DNA from: an uncultured delta proteobacterium
GTDB lineage: Bacteria > Desulfobacterota > Syntrophia > Syntrophales > UBA2185
Direction of reading: 5' to 3'
Assembly (NCBI GenBank): GCA_963729715.1
Contig: CAVSPA010000005.1
Coordinates: 687,607-751,606 of the forward strand
Length of the DNA stretch: 64,000 nucleotides
The position numbers and the translations under genes were made by a program. How positions within the stretch are numbered: the stretch's first letter is position 1; each line of letters opens with the position of its first letter. The notes below the pieces were generated by a model, which was given only the letters and a program-made list of their open reading frames with translations, was not told where the DNA came from and did no database searches. Below, piece after piece: positions 39,511 through 48,989 of the stretch.

Positions 39511-40521
39511 TCAGGGAGATATTGCATCCCGAATAATTCGTTCAATTGCTTGGACGAAGCTTAAACCCGAGCGCTCTATGGCAGCATAAAATCCCCCGTC
39601 CGGAGACAGGCACGGATTTGTATTCACTTCCAGGACCCACGGCTTTCCTGTACCGTCGACACGAAAATCCACCCTCGCGTATCCCCGCAGGCCAAACACC
39701 TGCCAGCACTGAAGCGCCAGGTCCTCCAAGCGGACAAGCAAGGAAGCATCCTCATCCGGAAAGTCAAAACACCGCGGCGTGTGACGATATTCAAAAGAGT
39801 CTTCGACCCATTTGGAAAGGTAGTCGACTACCCTGACCTTATCCGGCGGGAAATCGTCAAAGCGAATCTCAGCCGGGGGAAGGACATGCGGCCCTCCAGC
39901 TCCCGCGAGGAGGGAGAGATTAAATTCCCTTCCCTCAATGAACGCTTCCGTAAAACACGCCATGCCGAGCTGCTTCTGCCGGTATGTAGTTGCTTCGCGG
40001 AGCTGATTATGATCTCTTACATGAATGATGGAATCGCTCCCGAGCCAGGTAGAGGCGTGTTCCCAAACAGCCTTGATGATATATGTGCCTTCGACAAAAT
40101 GTCCGCTGAGATTCTCATGGGGCATAAATAATGGAGGTGTGGCGATGCCCGCTGCATTCAAGATCTTTTTGGCGAGAACCTTGTTAGACGTGAGAAACGT
40201 AGCCTCCGTACTTGCGCCTGTGTAAGGGATTCTTAAGAAGTCCAGAACGGACGGGGCTATGTGGATCAGGCTCCCCTGTCCCGCCATTGTTTCCACAATA
40301 TTGAAAACGAACGCAGGCCGGAGGTCCCGCAGCATGTCGATTATGCGCGCGCAATTCAACGAGAAGGGCATGGTGATGGGTTGGTATCCGAGTTCCGAAA
40401 GGGCAGAGGACACTACTGCGGCCTGGACGAGGGCGTCCTTTTCATCCATGCCGGCATCATCCGGCACATCGCTGTGCAGCACGACTGCTTTCATGAACTG
40501 TCTGTCAGCGTGGTGACTCAT
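39511..40521 (-). CDS. D-Ala-D-Ala-ligase-like ATP-grasp protein
   Basis: PYTGAS, EAFIEGREF, GYARVDFR, EVNTNP. Confidence 0.88.
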   Translation of the reverse strand: MSHHADRQFMKAVVLHSDVPDDAGMDEKDALVQAAVVSSALSELGYQPITMPFSLNCARIIDMLRDLRPAFVFNIVETMAGQGSLIHIAPSVLDFLRIPYTGASTEATFLTSNKVLAKKILNAAGIATPPLFMPHENLSGHFVEGTYIIKAVWEHASTWLGSDSIIHVRDHNQLREATTYRQKQLGMACFTEAFIEGREFNLSLLAGAGGPHVLPPAEIRFDDFPPDKVRVVDYLSKWVEDSFEYRHTPRCFDFPDEDASLLVRLEDLALQCWQVFGLRGYARVDFRVDGTGKPWVLEVNTNPCLSPDGGFYAAIERSGLSFVQAIERIIRDAISP

Positions 40522-41572
40522 CGCCGTTGCGACAGGTGAGACAGGTGTGGTAATACCGTGACAGGGCGGGTTCAGCAGTTGGGCAAACAGTATACGTGTC
40601 CTGGATGCGTTTTCGCGCCGATTCCATGATCATGTTGATGAGTTCATGGTAGGTGATGCCGGCAAGCTTGCAGATTATAGGGAGATCCGAATGGTCCGGA
40701 TGCAGGCCCGCCAATGGGTTAATTTCTAGGAAATGCGGCAATCCCTTTTTGTCGGCGCGGATGTCGACCCTGCCTGCGTCTTTGCAGCCGAGTCCCCGCC
40801 ACGCGGCAAGGGCTGTTTCCTGAACAGCCTGGGCCATGGGGTCATCGGCCAGCCGGTATTCCACAAGCTCCTCACAGTTCTCTTTGTTTATGTAGGAATA
40901 GACGCCTTTCTCCGCATCGTCTTTAAGGTGGACTTCCATGACCCCGAGTGCGACGGCATCCTTTCCCGTTCCGACTATACCCACAGTGAACTCCCGGCCG
41001 GGAAGAAAGCGCTCGACAAGAACGGGTTGCCGAAACGTAGTTAACAAAGACCGGCATACGAAGGAGAGCTGCTTTCGGGAAGTTATCTTCGACTGGGCGT
41101 TGATGCCCTTGCTTGTGCCTTCGGCCACGGGCTTCGCAAAAAGCGGAAATGGAAGCGAGATCTTGTCAATATCATGCTCTTCGTGCACAACTGCAAAATC
41201 AGGCGTCGGGATGCCGAGGTCGCGTATGACATGCTTGGTCATGCCTTTATGAAGGGTGAGCGAGAGGATAAGAGGATCGGAAAAGGTGTACGGGATGTTG
41301 TAGACGTCAAGGATGGCCGGCACCTGGGCTTCTCTCGCGAGTCCCTCGATACCTTCGGCGATGTTAAAGACTATGTCCCATCTGTCGCCGCATGCCAGCC
41401 TTTTGACAAGTGACTTGATGTTGCCTATGCGATCGGTGGTATAACCTAAATCCTGCAGCGTCTGTTCAATTGCCTCTATCGTATCAGCCCGGTCAAACTC
41501 TGCAGCCTCTTCTTCATTTAATCCCTCTGCTATATAATCATCGCGAAGGTCGTATGTAATTCCCGTCCTCAA
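40505..41572 (-). CDS. D-Ala-D-Ala-ligase-like ATP-grasp protein
   Basis: FNIAEG, KPVAEGTSKGI, LPGREF, GRVDIR, EINPLAG. Confidence 0.88.
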   Translation of the reverse strand: MRTGITYDLRDDYIAEGLNEEEAAEFDRADTIEAIEQTLQDLGYTTDRIGNIKSLVKRLACGDRWDIVFNIAEGIEGLAREAQVPAILDVYNIPYTFSDPLILSLTLHKGMTKHVIRDLGIPTPDFAVVHEEHDIDKISLPFPLFAKPVAEGTSKGINAQSKITSRKQLSFVCRSLLTTFRQPVLVERFLPGREFTVGIVGTGKDAVALGVMEVHLKDDAEKGVYSYINKENCEELVEYRLADDPMAQAVQETALAAWRGLGCKDAGRVDIRADKKGLPHFLEINPLAGLHPDHSDLPIICKLAGITYHELINMIMESARKRIQDTYTVCPTAEPALSRYYHTCLTCRNGDESPR

Positions 41573-41582
41573 ATGTGATACC

Positions 41583-42893
41583 TCAGGGATTGTCCGTTTG
41601 CGGAAACTGGAAATCCGGATAACGGTAGATATTCCCCTCGTAATTTCGGAGCATCAGATCATTGCCGTCCCGGCCAACGGCATAATCGGGTATCAGGGGG
41701 ATCTTGCCGCCGCCACCAGGAGCGTCGATGACGTATGTCGGTACTGCATAGCCTGTCGTATGCCCGCGCAGACCTTCGATGATATCGAGTCCGGCTTTTA
41801 CGGGAGTGCGAAAATGCGATGATCCGGGGATCGGGTCACACTGATAGAGATAGTAGGGTTTGACCCGTATCTTAAGCAGGCCGAGAACCAGCCGCTTCAT
41901 GGTTTCCACATCGTCGTTTATTTTGTGGAGCAGGACAGTCTGGCTGCCGAGTGGTATGCCCGCGTTGGCGAGGCGGGTGCATGCCTGACTCATTTCAGGC
42001 GTTAACTCATCCGGATGGTTCACGTGGATGCTCACCCAGAGAGGGTGAAAACGCTTTAGCATGTAAGTCAGTTTCGGAGTTATTCTCTGCGGCAGCACAA
42101 CTGGCATCTTGGTACCGATACGCAGGATCTCTATATGGGCAATTTTTCTCAGCCGGTCGAGAAGCCATTCCAGTCTCTCGTCGGAAAGGGTCAGCGGATC
42201 CCCGCCGGACAAGAGCACGTCACGAATTTGAGTATTGGCTTCTATGTATTCAATGGCGCCTTCCCACGCATCAGTGCTCGATATGGCCCTGACGTGACTT
42301 CCGACCATGCGTGAGCGCGTGCAATACCGGCAGTACGCTGAACAGGTGTCCGTAACAAGGAATAGGACGCGATCCGGATAGCGGTGTACGATTCCCGGGA
42401 CAGGGCTGTCATGCTCCTCTCCCAAGGGATCATCGGCTTCCACCGCAGAACGGCGACGCTCAGCGGTTACAGGCACCACCATCCGTCGTAGCGGCTGGGA
42501 TGAATCGAATTCGTCAAGAAGGCTCGTGTAGTAAGGCGTGATGGCCACCGGTATCGAGCCCTCATGATGGCTCATGGCATTCCGCTCGTCCTCCGACAGC
42601 CAGATGAATTGCGAAAGTGCATCGACATCCTTTATGCGGTTGACGTATTGCCAGTGCCAGTTGCTCCATTCGAGGGATGTTACTTCAGGATAGAAACGCT
42701 TCCGAAAAGCCCGTGTACGGGGGCTCTCCTTAAAACGAAAAACGTATTGGACACCCTTTGTCTTAATGACCGAAGGGTTAAGGAGAGTATTATATGCTGT
42801 TACTATGTCGTCTGTGTAATTTTCAATACCAACAAGACCTGTTGAACTACCCGGAGGTTCAGCCTCCTCCGTAAAAAGGGTCTCGTTTTCCAT
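41583..42893 (-). CDS. KamA family radical SAM aminomutase (lysine 2,3-aminomutase-like)
   Basis: HRYPDRVL, CSAYCRYC, LSGGDPL, DAPGGGGKIP (PLP Lys); GGAGGAGG RBS before ATG 42893. Confidence 0.92.
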   Translation of the reverse strand: MENETLFTEEAEPPGSSTGLVGIENYTDDIVTAYNTLLNPSVIKTKGVQYVFRFKESPRTRAFRKRFYPEVTSLEWSNWHWQYVNRIKDVDALSQFIWLSEDERNAMSHHEGSIPVAITPYYTSLLDEFDSSQPLRRMVVPVTAERRRSAVEADDPLGEEHDSPVPGIVHRYPDRVLFLVTDTCSAYCRYCTRSRMVGSHVRAISSTDAWEGAIEYIEANTQIRDVLLSGGDPLTLSDERLEWLLDRLRKIAHIEILRIGTKMPVVLPQRITPKLTYMLKRFHPLWVSIHVNHPDELTPEMSQACTRLANAGIPLGSQTVLLHKINDDVETMKRLVLGLLKIRVKPYYLYQCDPIPGSSHFRTPVKAGLDIIEGLRGHTTGYAVPTYVIDAPGGGGKIPLIPDYAVGRDGNDLMLRNYEGNIYRYPDFQFPQTDNP

Positions 42894-43088
42894 TCTGTTA
42901 TCCTCCTCCGTATCCAGGGATGATAAAAAAAATTCCCCTTTCTTTTTTTTGTGTAATATATTTTTTTCTGTACGCTGTTTAGAAATGCTTGTCAATATTT
43001 TTTTCATTTTTTTTGAAAAAAAATTATTTTTCTTGAAAGAAGAAAAATCAAACTGTAAAATGCAGAAAAAATTTTTCGACAGGAGCAT

Positions 43089-43871
43089 ATGCCTGAACTT
43101 CCCGAAGTAGAAACTCTGTGCCGACAATTGAGGCGAGTGATTCAAGATAGAGAGATCCTCAGTGTGGAGATCCTTGATCACAGGCTGGGAGCCTTGGGGG
43201 AACTTACGGGAAGGAAGATCACTGCCGTTACTCGTCAGGGCAAGGCCGTGGAGATGAAGCTTGATAACGATGCGCGGCTTCTTCTCCATCTTCGGATGAC
43301 GGGCAAGATGCAGTGGCAGAGCGCGTCTCCGGAGATTCCTCCTCACACCCGTTTCATAATTTCATTTTCTCACGGTAGGCTTTTTTGTGTCGACACTCGG
43401 CGTTTTGCGACGCTTGTGATCACGGCGGACGGAAGCTCGCAAGCTTTCGTGAAGAACCCGCTGCTTGATTTCCGGATCGAAGAACTGCATAAGATCGCGC
43501 GTGTGAAGAAACTTCCCGTGAAATCATTCCTGATGGATCAGCGATGGATTGCCGGTATCGGAAACATATATGCCTGTGAGATCCTCCATGAAGTATCCAT
43601 CAATCCCTGGCGGCCCGTATGCGGAGTGTCCTTGCGGGAGTGGAGGAAGATTGAGAGAGCGACGACGAAGATCCTTGAGAAAGCCATCAGCTGCCGGGGC
43701 ACAACTGTATCGGATTGGCGTGATCTGTCCGGCCAAAAAGGCGAGTATCAGGATGAATTGAAAGTTTATGACCGTGAAGGACTACCCTGCTTTCGCTGTC
43801 GTGGCACTATTCATCGGTTGCGCCTGAGCGGCAGGGGGACATATTTCTGTCCCTCCTGCCAGAAAAGATAG
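43089..43871 (+). CDS. mutM: Formamidopyrimidine-DNA glycosylase
   Basis: MPELPEVE, HLRMTG, GIGNIY, C-terminal CxxC…CxxC zinc finger. Confidence 0.95.
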   Translation: MPELPEVETLCRQLRRVIQDREILSVEILDHRLGALGELTGRKITAVTRQGKAVEMKLDNDARLLLHLRMTGKMQWQSASPEIPPHTRFIISFSHGRLFCVDTRRFATLVITADGSSQAFVKNPLLDFRIEELHKIARVKKLPVKSFLMDQRWIAGIGNIYACEILHEVSINPWRPVCGVSLREWRKIERATTKILEKAISCRGTTVSDWRDLSGQKGEYQDELKVYDREGLPCFRCRGTIHRLRLSGRGTYFCPSCQKR

Positions 43872-44032
43872 TGCTCTGATAACCGGCGCGAGATAATCTC
43901 CGGGAAGAAACCTATGGCGGAAAAATCTGATGCTTCCGAAGAAAGCCGGTTGATGAACGGCAGGAGAGCGGCTTCATAAAGTTTCAACGACGTCTCACCA
44001 CAGGCAGCATGCCCTTAGGAGCGTGAGATCAC

Positions 44033-45058
44033 TTACCGCTTGGCTGCGAGCGTCGCACGCAGCACTCCCAGACCATTTCTGATTTCAAACGTGCCCACGT
44101 ATTTGCGGATGTCATCGCTTGCGTACTTGATGACGCATGTCGGAGTTGATTTAGCCTGGTATGTATTTATGATCTTATTGAGCGCCGGATACACCGGTGA
44201 CAGGTCGTAAACCGCGACGGGAACTCCCTCCGCCTTCAGCGCTTTCTTGAGGTCATCTTCACTCTGAGCGGCATGATTCTTTGCCAGAGAGAATAGCACG
44301 CGCCGCGCATGGAGGACATTCTCGTAATTCTTTGCCGCCTTCGCCGCGTACAGATAGTACTGGGCATAGAGACGGGTTTCCTTATGGATAGGAAGATCGA
44401 CGAAGGTCACCCTCACGCCTCCTCCGGACAGGAATTCCTTCACCGAGGGATCGAGCTCAGACTCCATAGTCTGGCAGTGCTCGCAGAAATAATCCGAGAA
44501 GATGATCAACTCGTATTTTCCCGAACCATACGAAGGCACAAGCGATTTTTCCGCACCATAAGCGGGTGTTGCAGAGCCGGAAAATGTGACGGCCACGAAG
44601 CTATATCCGAGGATAACGAAAGCGAGAAGGGGTAAAGGCCTCTTCACGGCAGGAGGAAGCTCCACAGTGCCGAGGCCATAGATGATCCGGTTTGAGCAGC
44701 CTTTCCCGCGCGCGAGATCTTTTTCGTGGTTCAGTGCAAATGCGATGATAATCATAGATGCAAAGGCCAGGCAGTAGGGGCAAAACACATCCTCTTGGAA
44801 CTGAAAGGCGATGAGATACGCCTCCACGCCAATCCCTGCTGCGAGGAGGGCGCGGACGTACGGCATTTTTTTCACAGCGGCAAGAATGATGATCATCAGC
44901 ATATACGCAATACCGATGTGTGACAGGTCAATCCCGAAGATATCCCCCTGCAGGTAGGTACAGGCCGTTTCGCATGTCTTATAATAAAGCATGATTCCTA
45001 TGCCTGCTGCCGCAAGGATTATTGTTATGACACGTCTTCCTGCTTTTATCTTTTCCAT
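44033..45058 (-). CDS. VKOR-like membrane domain fused to a DsbA/thioredoxin-like domain
   Basis: TM region with CETAC and CPYC; soluble domain with DYFCEHC and STP cis-Pro loop. Confidence 0.75.
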   Translation of the reverse strand: MEKIKAGRRVITIILAAAGIGIMLYYKTCETACTYLQGDIFGIDLSHIGIAYMLMIIILAAVKKMPYVRALLAAGIGVEAYLIAFQFQEDVFCPYCLAFASMIIIAFALNHEKDLARGKGCSNRIIYGLGTVELPPAVKRPLPLLAFVILGYSFVAVTFSGSATPAYGAEKSLVPSYGSGKYELIIFSDYFCEHCQTMESELDPSVKEFLSGGGVRVTFVDLPIHKETRLYAQYYLYAAKAAKNYENVLHARRVLFSLAKNHAAQSEDDLKKALKAEGVPVAVYDLSPVYPALNKIINTYQAKSTPTCVIKYASDDIRKYVGTFEIRNGLGVLRATLAAKR

Positions 45059-45179
45059 TTTATTTATTTTGATGCCGTCGAGTTATCGTCAGTCATGGCG
45101 TGACATTTTTCATGTGAACTCTATCAATTTCACCTCGCTCAATCAAGTGATGAATTATGAATGCAGCCAAGAATTCGTA

Positions 45180-46214
45180 TCAATCCTTCTCAATCCCAGC
45201 TTTTGTTATCCACCCTGATACTTGCCTGTCTCCCGGGATGGACATGTCCAGGGGCATCAATGTCCAGTGAAAGCGGTTGTTCCGGGAAGGAGGCTCTTTG
45301 GAAGTCCTCAGCCCATCTCCTGCAGCCTGCCGCCTTGCCTGTTCCTCCGTCATTTCGTACTTGAAAGGTGAAGAGGCATTAACATAGCCGACCTGGAGCT
45401 TGCCTGCATACATGCCATATTTGTAGGATTCAAGAATGGGTGTCTGTCCTTCCAAAAGGGGTGACTGAACGTACCTGCCGTCGCGTCCGCCCAGGACAAA
45501 ATGAATCGCCGGGGCTGCTTTAATGACCTCCTGCTGACTGTCCGAGGGGAGATCCGAGAGAAGTACAATTACATCCGCCTTGCCACGAAGGAGCCCCATC
45601 ATTTCCCGCGCCGTCCCGACCGGATCGTTCACCATGAATCGTTTCCCTGCTTCCTTATATATATCCGTCCTGATGTTCGGAGAAAGAAGGCCGAAAAAGG
45701 CGACGCGGAGGGCGCCGACCTTTCTTATGATGTATGGCTTGAAAATAGGAGTCTTTGTCGCGGGATCAACAAGATTGGCAGAGACAAGCGGAAGCCCGCG
45801 GGATACCTCCTTACGCAGGAATGCCAATCCTGGCAGCAGATCCAAGGCACCCACATTTATTGCCGCTGTCCCCATGCGCATGTATGCGCGGCTGATCAAC
45901 CTTGCTTTTATGATGGATTGCTTCTGATTGGCGCCTGCCCATCCATTTGTGAAGAGATTACCGGAATCGACAACCAGAAGCGACCTGTCTTCGCTCTTTA
46001 ATTTCTCCACAAGGGACACTCGCCGGGCGAGACCGCCCAGCACCCTCTCACCTCAGGTAGGACAGGGGAACAGGTGGCCCTGTACATTGCTACTTTGAAT
46101 TAATGTAAGGTGTATTGCATCGGCAGATGCATCATTAAAAAGAAAGGTAAGGACGGCAGAGAGCAGAACTGCAGACGCTATCATGAATTTTCGCGCGTGG
46201 CCGAGAGAGGGCAT
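45180..46214 (-). CDS. UshA/5'-nucleotidase-like exported selenoprotein (Sec at codon 54, CPTU)
   Basis: ATG 46214, signal peptide, LTLIQSSNVQGHLFPCPT-TGA(46055-46053)-GERVLGGLARR in frame with ORF 45180..46043; SECIS-like hairpin follows. Confidence 0.85.
46022..46041 (-). promoter_or_regulatory. Bacterial SECIS element (predicted)
   Basis: GCUGGGCG-GUCU-CGCCCGGC 8-bp stem (one G-U) beginning after an 11-nt spacer downstream of the UGA. Confidence 0.75.
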
Positions 46215-47183
46215 TCACTCTCCTTCTTCCGGCTCTGCGTGAGGGACGTTTACAGGGCAGGAGAGAATTCCTGTCGCCGGACATGACGTTGCCTCAAATT
46301 GCAAAACGGGATGACCGATGGAAAAACGACAAAGGAGTTCACGTCGTATCTTGGCGGCAATATCATCGATCTTGCTCAGCATCTGGTCTTCCACGACGAC
46401 GTGGGCACTGAGGGCGACGCCTTCAGTTGCAATATTCCATACGTGGAGATGATGAATCTTCTCCACACCTGGCACGGCTTCTATCTCCTTTTGTATGGCA
46501 TAAAGGTCGATGTCCACGGGTGTGGCATTCATGAGGATTTCGAAGGCGTCTTTCAGAATGTCCCACCCGCTGTACATAATCAAGATCACAATGACCCAGG
46601 ATACGACGGGATCGAGCCAGTACCAGGGCTTGAATATCCATATGAGACCCAGAACAGCCACCCCGAGGGAGGTTATGGCATCGGTCAGCATGTGCAGGAA
46701 GGCGCTTCGTATATTAAGGTTGTCATGGGCTTCCGGCCGCAGCATCAACGTCGATAACATGTTTGCGAGGAATGCTATGGAGGCGATGAGTATGACGATG
46801 TTGCCCTGTATGGGCCGCGGATTCTGGAGGCGGTGCCATCCCTCAATCGTGATGAAGAGGGCGGCGCCGAAGAGCGCGGCCACGTTAAACACGGCTGCGA
46901 AGACCTCCATGCGTTTGAAGCCGAACGTATGTTTTAGCGTAGGTTCGCGCCGTCCGATGCGCAGGGCCGAATAGCTGATCAACACGGACGTAAAATCACT
47001 CAGATTGTGGAGGGCATCGCTGATCAGGGCCATGCTTCCCGATATGATGCCGCCGTAGAGCTGAACGGAGGGGATGATTAGGTTCATGGCCATGGTGGCT
47101 ATGAGCCGTTTGTTCAGATCCACGGATTTGAAATAATGCCCTGTATGTTTTTCCATTTTGTCAGCAACGGAGCGCTCGGACAA
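46215..47183 (-). CDS. Cation diffusion facilitator (CzcD/ZitB-like)
   Basis: SMALISDALHNLSD, TFGFKR, AFLHMLTD, HHLHVW. Confidence 0.93.
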   Translation of the reverse strand: MSERSVADKMEKHTGHYFKSVDLNKRLIATMAMNLIIPSVQLYGGIISGSMALISDALHNLSDFTSVLISYSALRIGRREPTLKHTFGFKRMEVFAAVFNVAALFGAALFITIEGWHRLQNPRPIQGNIVILIASIAFLANMLSTLMLRPEAHDNLNIRSAFLHMLTDAITSLGVAVLGLIWIFKPWYWLDPVVSWVIVILIMYSGWDILKDAFEILMNATPVDIDLYAIQKEIEAVPGVEKIHHLHVWNIATEGVALSAHVVVEDQMLSKIDDIAAKIRRELLCRFSIGHPVLQFEATSCPATGILSCPVNVPHAEPEEGE

Positions 47184-47346
47184 CTCAGCTTTCTCCTGTC
47201 AGTCTTCACAACTCATAAATAATGCTAACCGATATTGCAGTGCCTGCACAAGGAATTTATGATAGATTTTATTATTGTCAAGCAAAAAGGGCGATATCTT
47301 GTGTGTACACCCGGGTGAAGAAGAGGCGATCAGATCTGTTTACCCA

Positions 47347-47375
47347 TTGACGTAGCAGAAATCAAATCTTATAAT
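47347..47375 (+). promoter_or_regulatory. Sigma-70 promoter
   Basis: TTGACG-N17-TATAAT. Confidence 0.65.
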
Positions 47376-47454
47376 AACCAAAAAGATGTGAAGGGCAAAC
47401 ATAGATAAAAGGCGTCAAATGCCCGATATGGGAAGTATCTGTAAGGGAGAGACG

Positions 47455-48006
47455 ATGAAGAAAAAGGTGTTATGTCTCTTGGTGTTGCTGACATTTCTTT
47501 TTGTCTATTTCGGTATCGCTGAGTCAGGTGCACAAGTCAAAGGAGGTAAGGATATGCAAATCAAAAGCTCAGCCTTCAAGAGTGGCGCAAGAATACCGGC
47601 AAAGTATACCTGTGACGGTGTGGATGTTTCACCTCCTCTCGAATGGGGCAAATTGCCGGCCGGCACGAAATATCTGGCCCTCATCTGTGATGATCCCGAT
47701 GCCCCCATGGGCACATGGGTTCACTGGGTAATCTATGATATACCCGCGAACGTCACAAGCATGCAGGAGAAATTACCGCCGCTGAAAGAAGTTGCCAATG
47801 GCGCAAAGCAGGGCATGAATGATTTCCGCGCCATCGGCTACGGAGGGCCCTGCCCCCCTTCCGGCGAGCACCGCTACTTTTTTAAACTTTACGCCCTCGA
47901 TGGTCCGACGGCGCTGAAGCCGGGCGCAACGAAGAAGCAACTCCTGGCAGCCATGAAGGGACACATACTTGCGGAAGCGGAGTTGATGGGAAAATATAAA
48001 AGGTAG
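47455..48006 (+). CDS. YbhB/YbcL (PEBP) family protein with signal peptide
   Basis: DDPDAP…WVHW, YGGPCPP, HRYFFKLYALD. Confidence 0.93.
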   Translation: MKKKVLCLLVLLTFLFVYFGIAESGAQVKGGKDMQIKSSAFKSGARIPAKYTCDGVDVSPPLEWGKLPAGTKYLALICDDPDAPMGTWVHWVIYDIPANVTSMQEKLPPLKEVANGAKQGMNDFRAIGYGGPCPPSGEHRYFFKLYALDGPTALKPGATKKQLLAAMKGHILAEAELMGKYKR

Positions 48007-48017
48007 AAAGAAAAGAA

Positions 48018-48929
48018 ATGCGCGCGCAGTCCTATCTCAGACTTTACATGGAGGGAAAGCTTCAGGACCGCATTGACAGAGCGCTGGAACTGACGAGAGA
48101 CTGCTTACTGTGTCCCCGGGAATGCCATGTGGATCGGCTGTCCGGGGAGCTTGGGTTTTGCCGCACGGGGAAAAAAGCAAGAGTGGCAAGTCTGCACGCC
48201 CACTTCGGAGAAGAGTCTCCCCTTGTGGGAACGGGCGGTTCAGGCACTATCTTTTTCAGATCCTGCAACCTCCTTTGCTACTTCTGCCAGAACTATGACA
48301 TCAGCCACGATGCAGGAGGCAGTGAGGTAGAGCCAAAAGACCTTGCCGACATGATGCTGAATCTCCAGATGCGTGGATGTCACAATATCAACTTCGTAAC
48401 ACCATCCCACGTCGTTCCGCAAATCCTTCAGGGGCTTTTCATCGCCATCGAGCGCGGCCTCAATGTTCCCCTTATCTACAACACAGGCGGATACGATAAG
48501 GTTGAAACATTAAAGATTCTGGAAGATGTCTTTGACATCTATATGCCTGACTTCAAGTTCTGGGAAGGAAGGTGGTCGGAAAGATTCTGCAAGGCCCCCG
48601 ATTACAGGAAAATAGCCGCGGCGGCAATAAAGGAAATGCACCGCCAGGTGGGCGACCTGGCGATCGATGAAGCGGGTATTGCCGAAAAAGGTTTGCTGGT
48701 GCGCCACCTGGTCATGCCTAATGACGTTTCCAATACGAAGGAGGTCATGACGTTTCTCGCTGATAAAATTTCGGAAGACACTTATGTAAATGTGATGGAT
48801 CAGTACCATCCCTGCGGCAAGGCAACGTTGGACCCCGCTATCAATCGCCGTCTTTCCAGGAAGGAGTATGTTGAAGCCGTCCGCTTGACCAGAGAGGCCG
48901 GCCTTCACAGACTGGATTCTTGGCGCTGA
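48018..48929 (+). CDS. PflX-like radical SAM protein
   Basis: CLLCPREC, GSGTIFF, CNLLCYFCQN, IYMPDFK. Confidence 0.9.
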   Translation: MRAQSYLRLYMEGKLQDRIDRALELTRDCLLCPRECHVDRLSGELGFCRTGKKARVASLHAHFGEESPLVGTGGSGTIFFRSCNLLCYFCQNYDISHDAGGSEVEPKDLADMMLNLQMRGCHNINFVTPSHVVPQILQGLFIAIERGLNVPLIYNTGGYDKVETLKILEDVFDIYMPDFKFWEGRWSERFCKAPDYRKIAAAAIKEMHRQVGDLAIDEAGIAEKGLLVRHLVMPNDVSNTKEVMTFLADKISEDTYVNVMDQYHPCGKATLDPAINRRLSRKEYVEAVRLTREAGLHRLDSWR

Positions 48930-48989
48930 AGAGGGAACCGAGAGCCCATTTGAGAAGGTCGTGCGTGACGAAAAGCCGCATCGGGACGG

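Noticed and set aside
39511..41572. Housekeeping ddl or van resistance ligases
   Set aside because: No mur or van context, non-Ddl N-termini, and coupling to an aminomutase.
42894..43346. N-terminal extension of the KamA ORF (587 aa)
   Set aside because: Overlaps mutM and the A/T spacer; a strong RBS supports ATG 42893.
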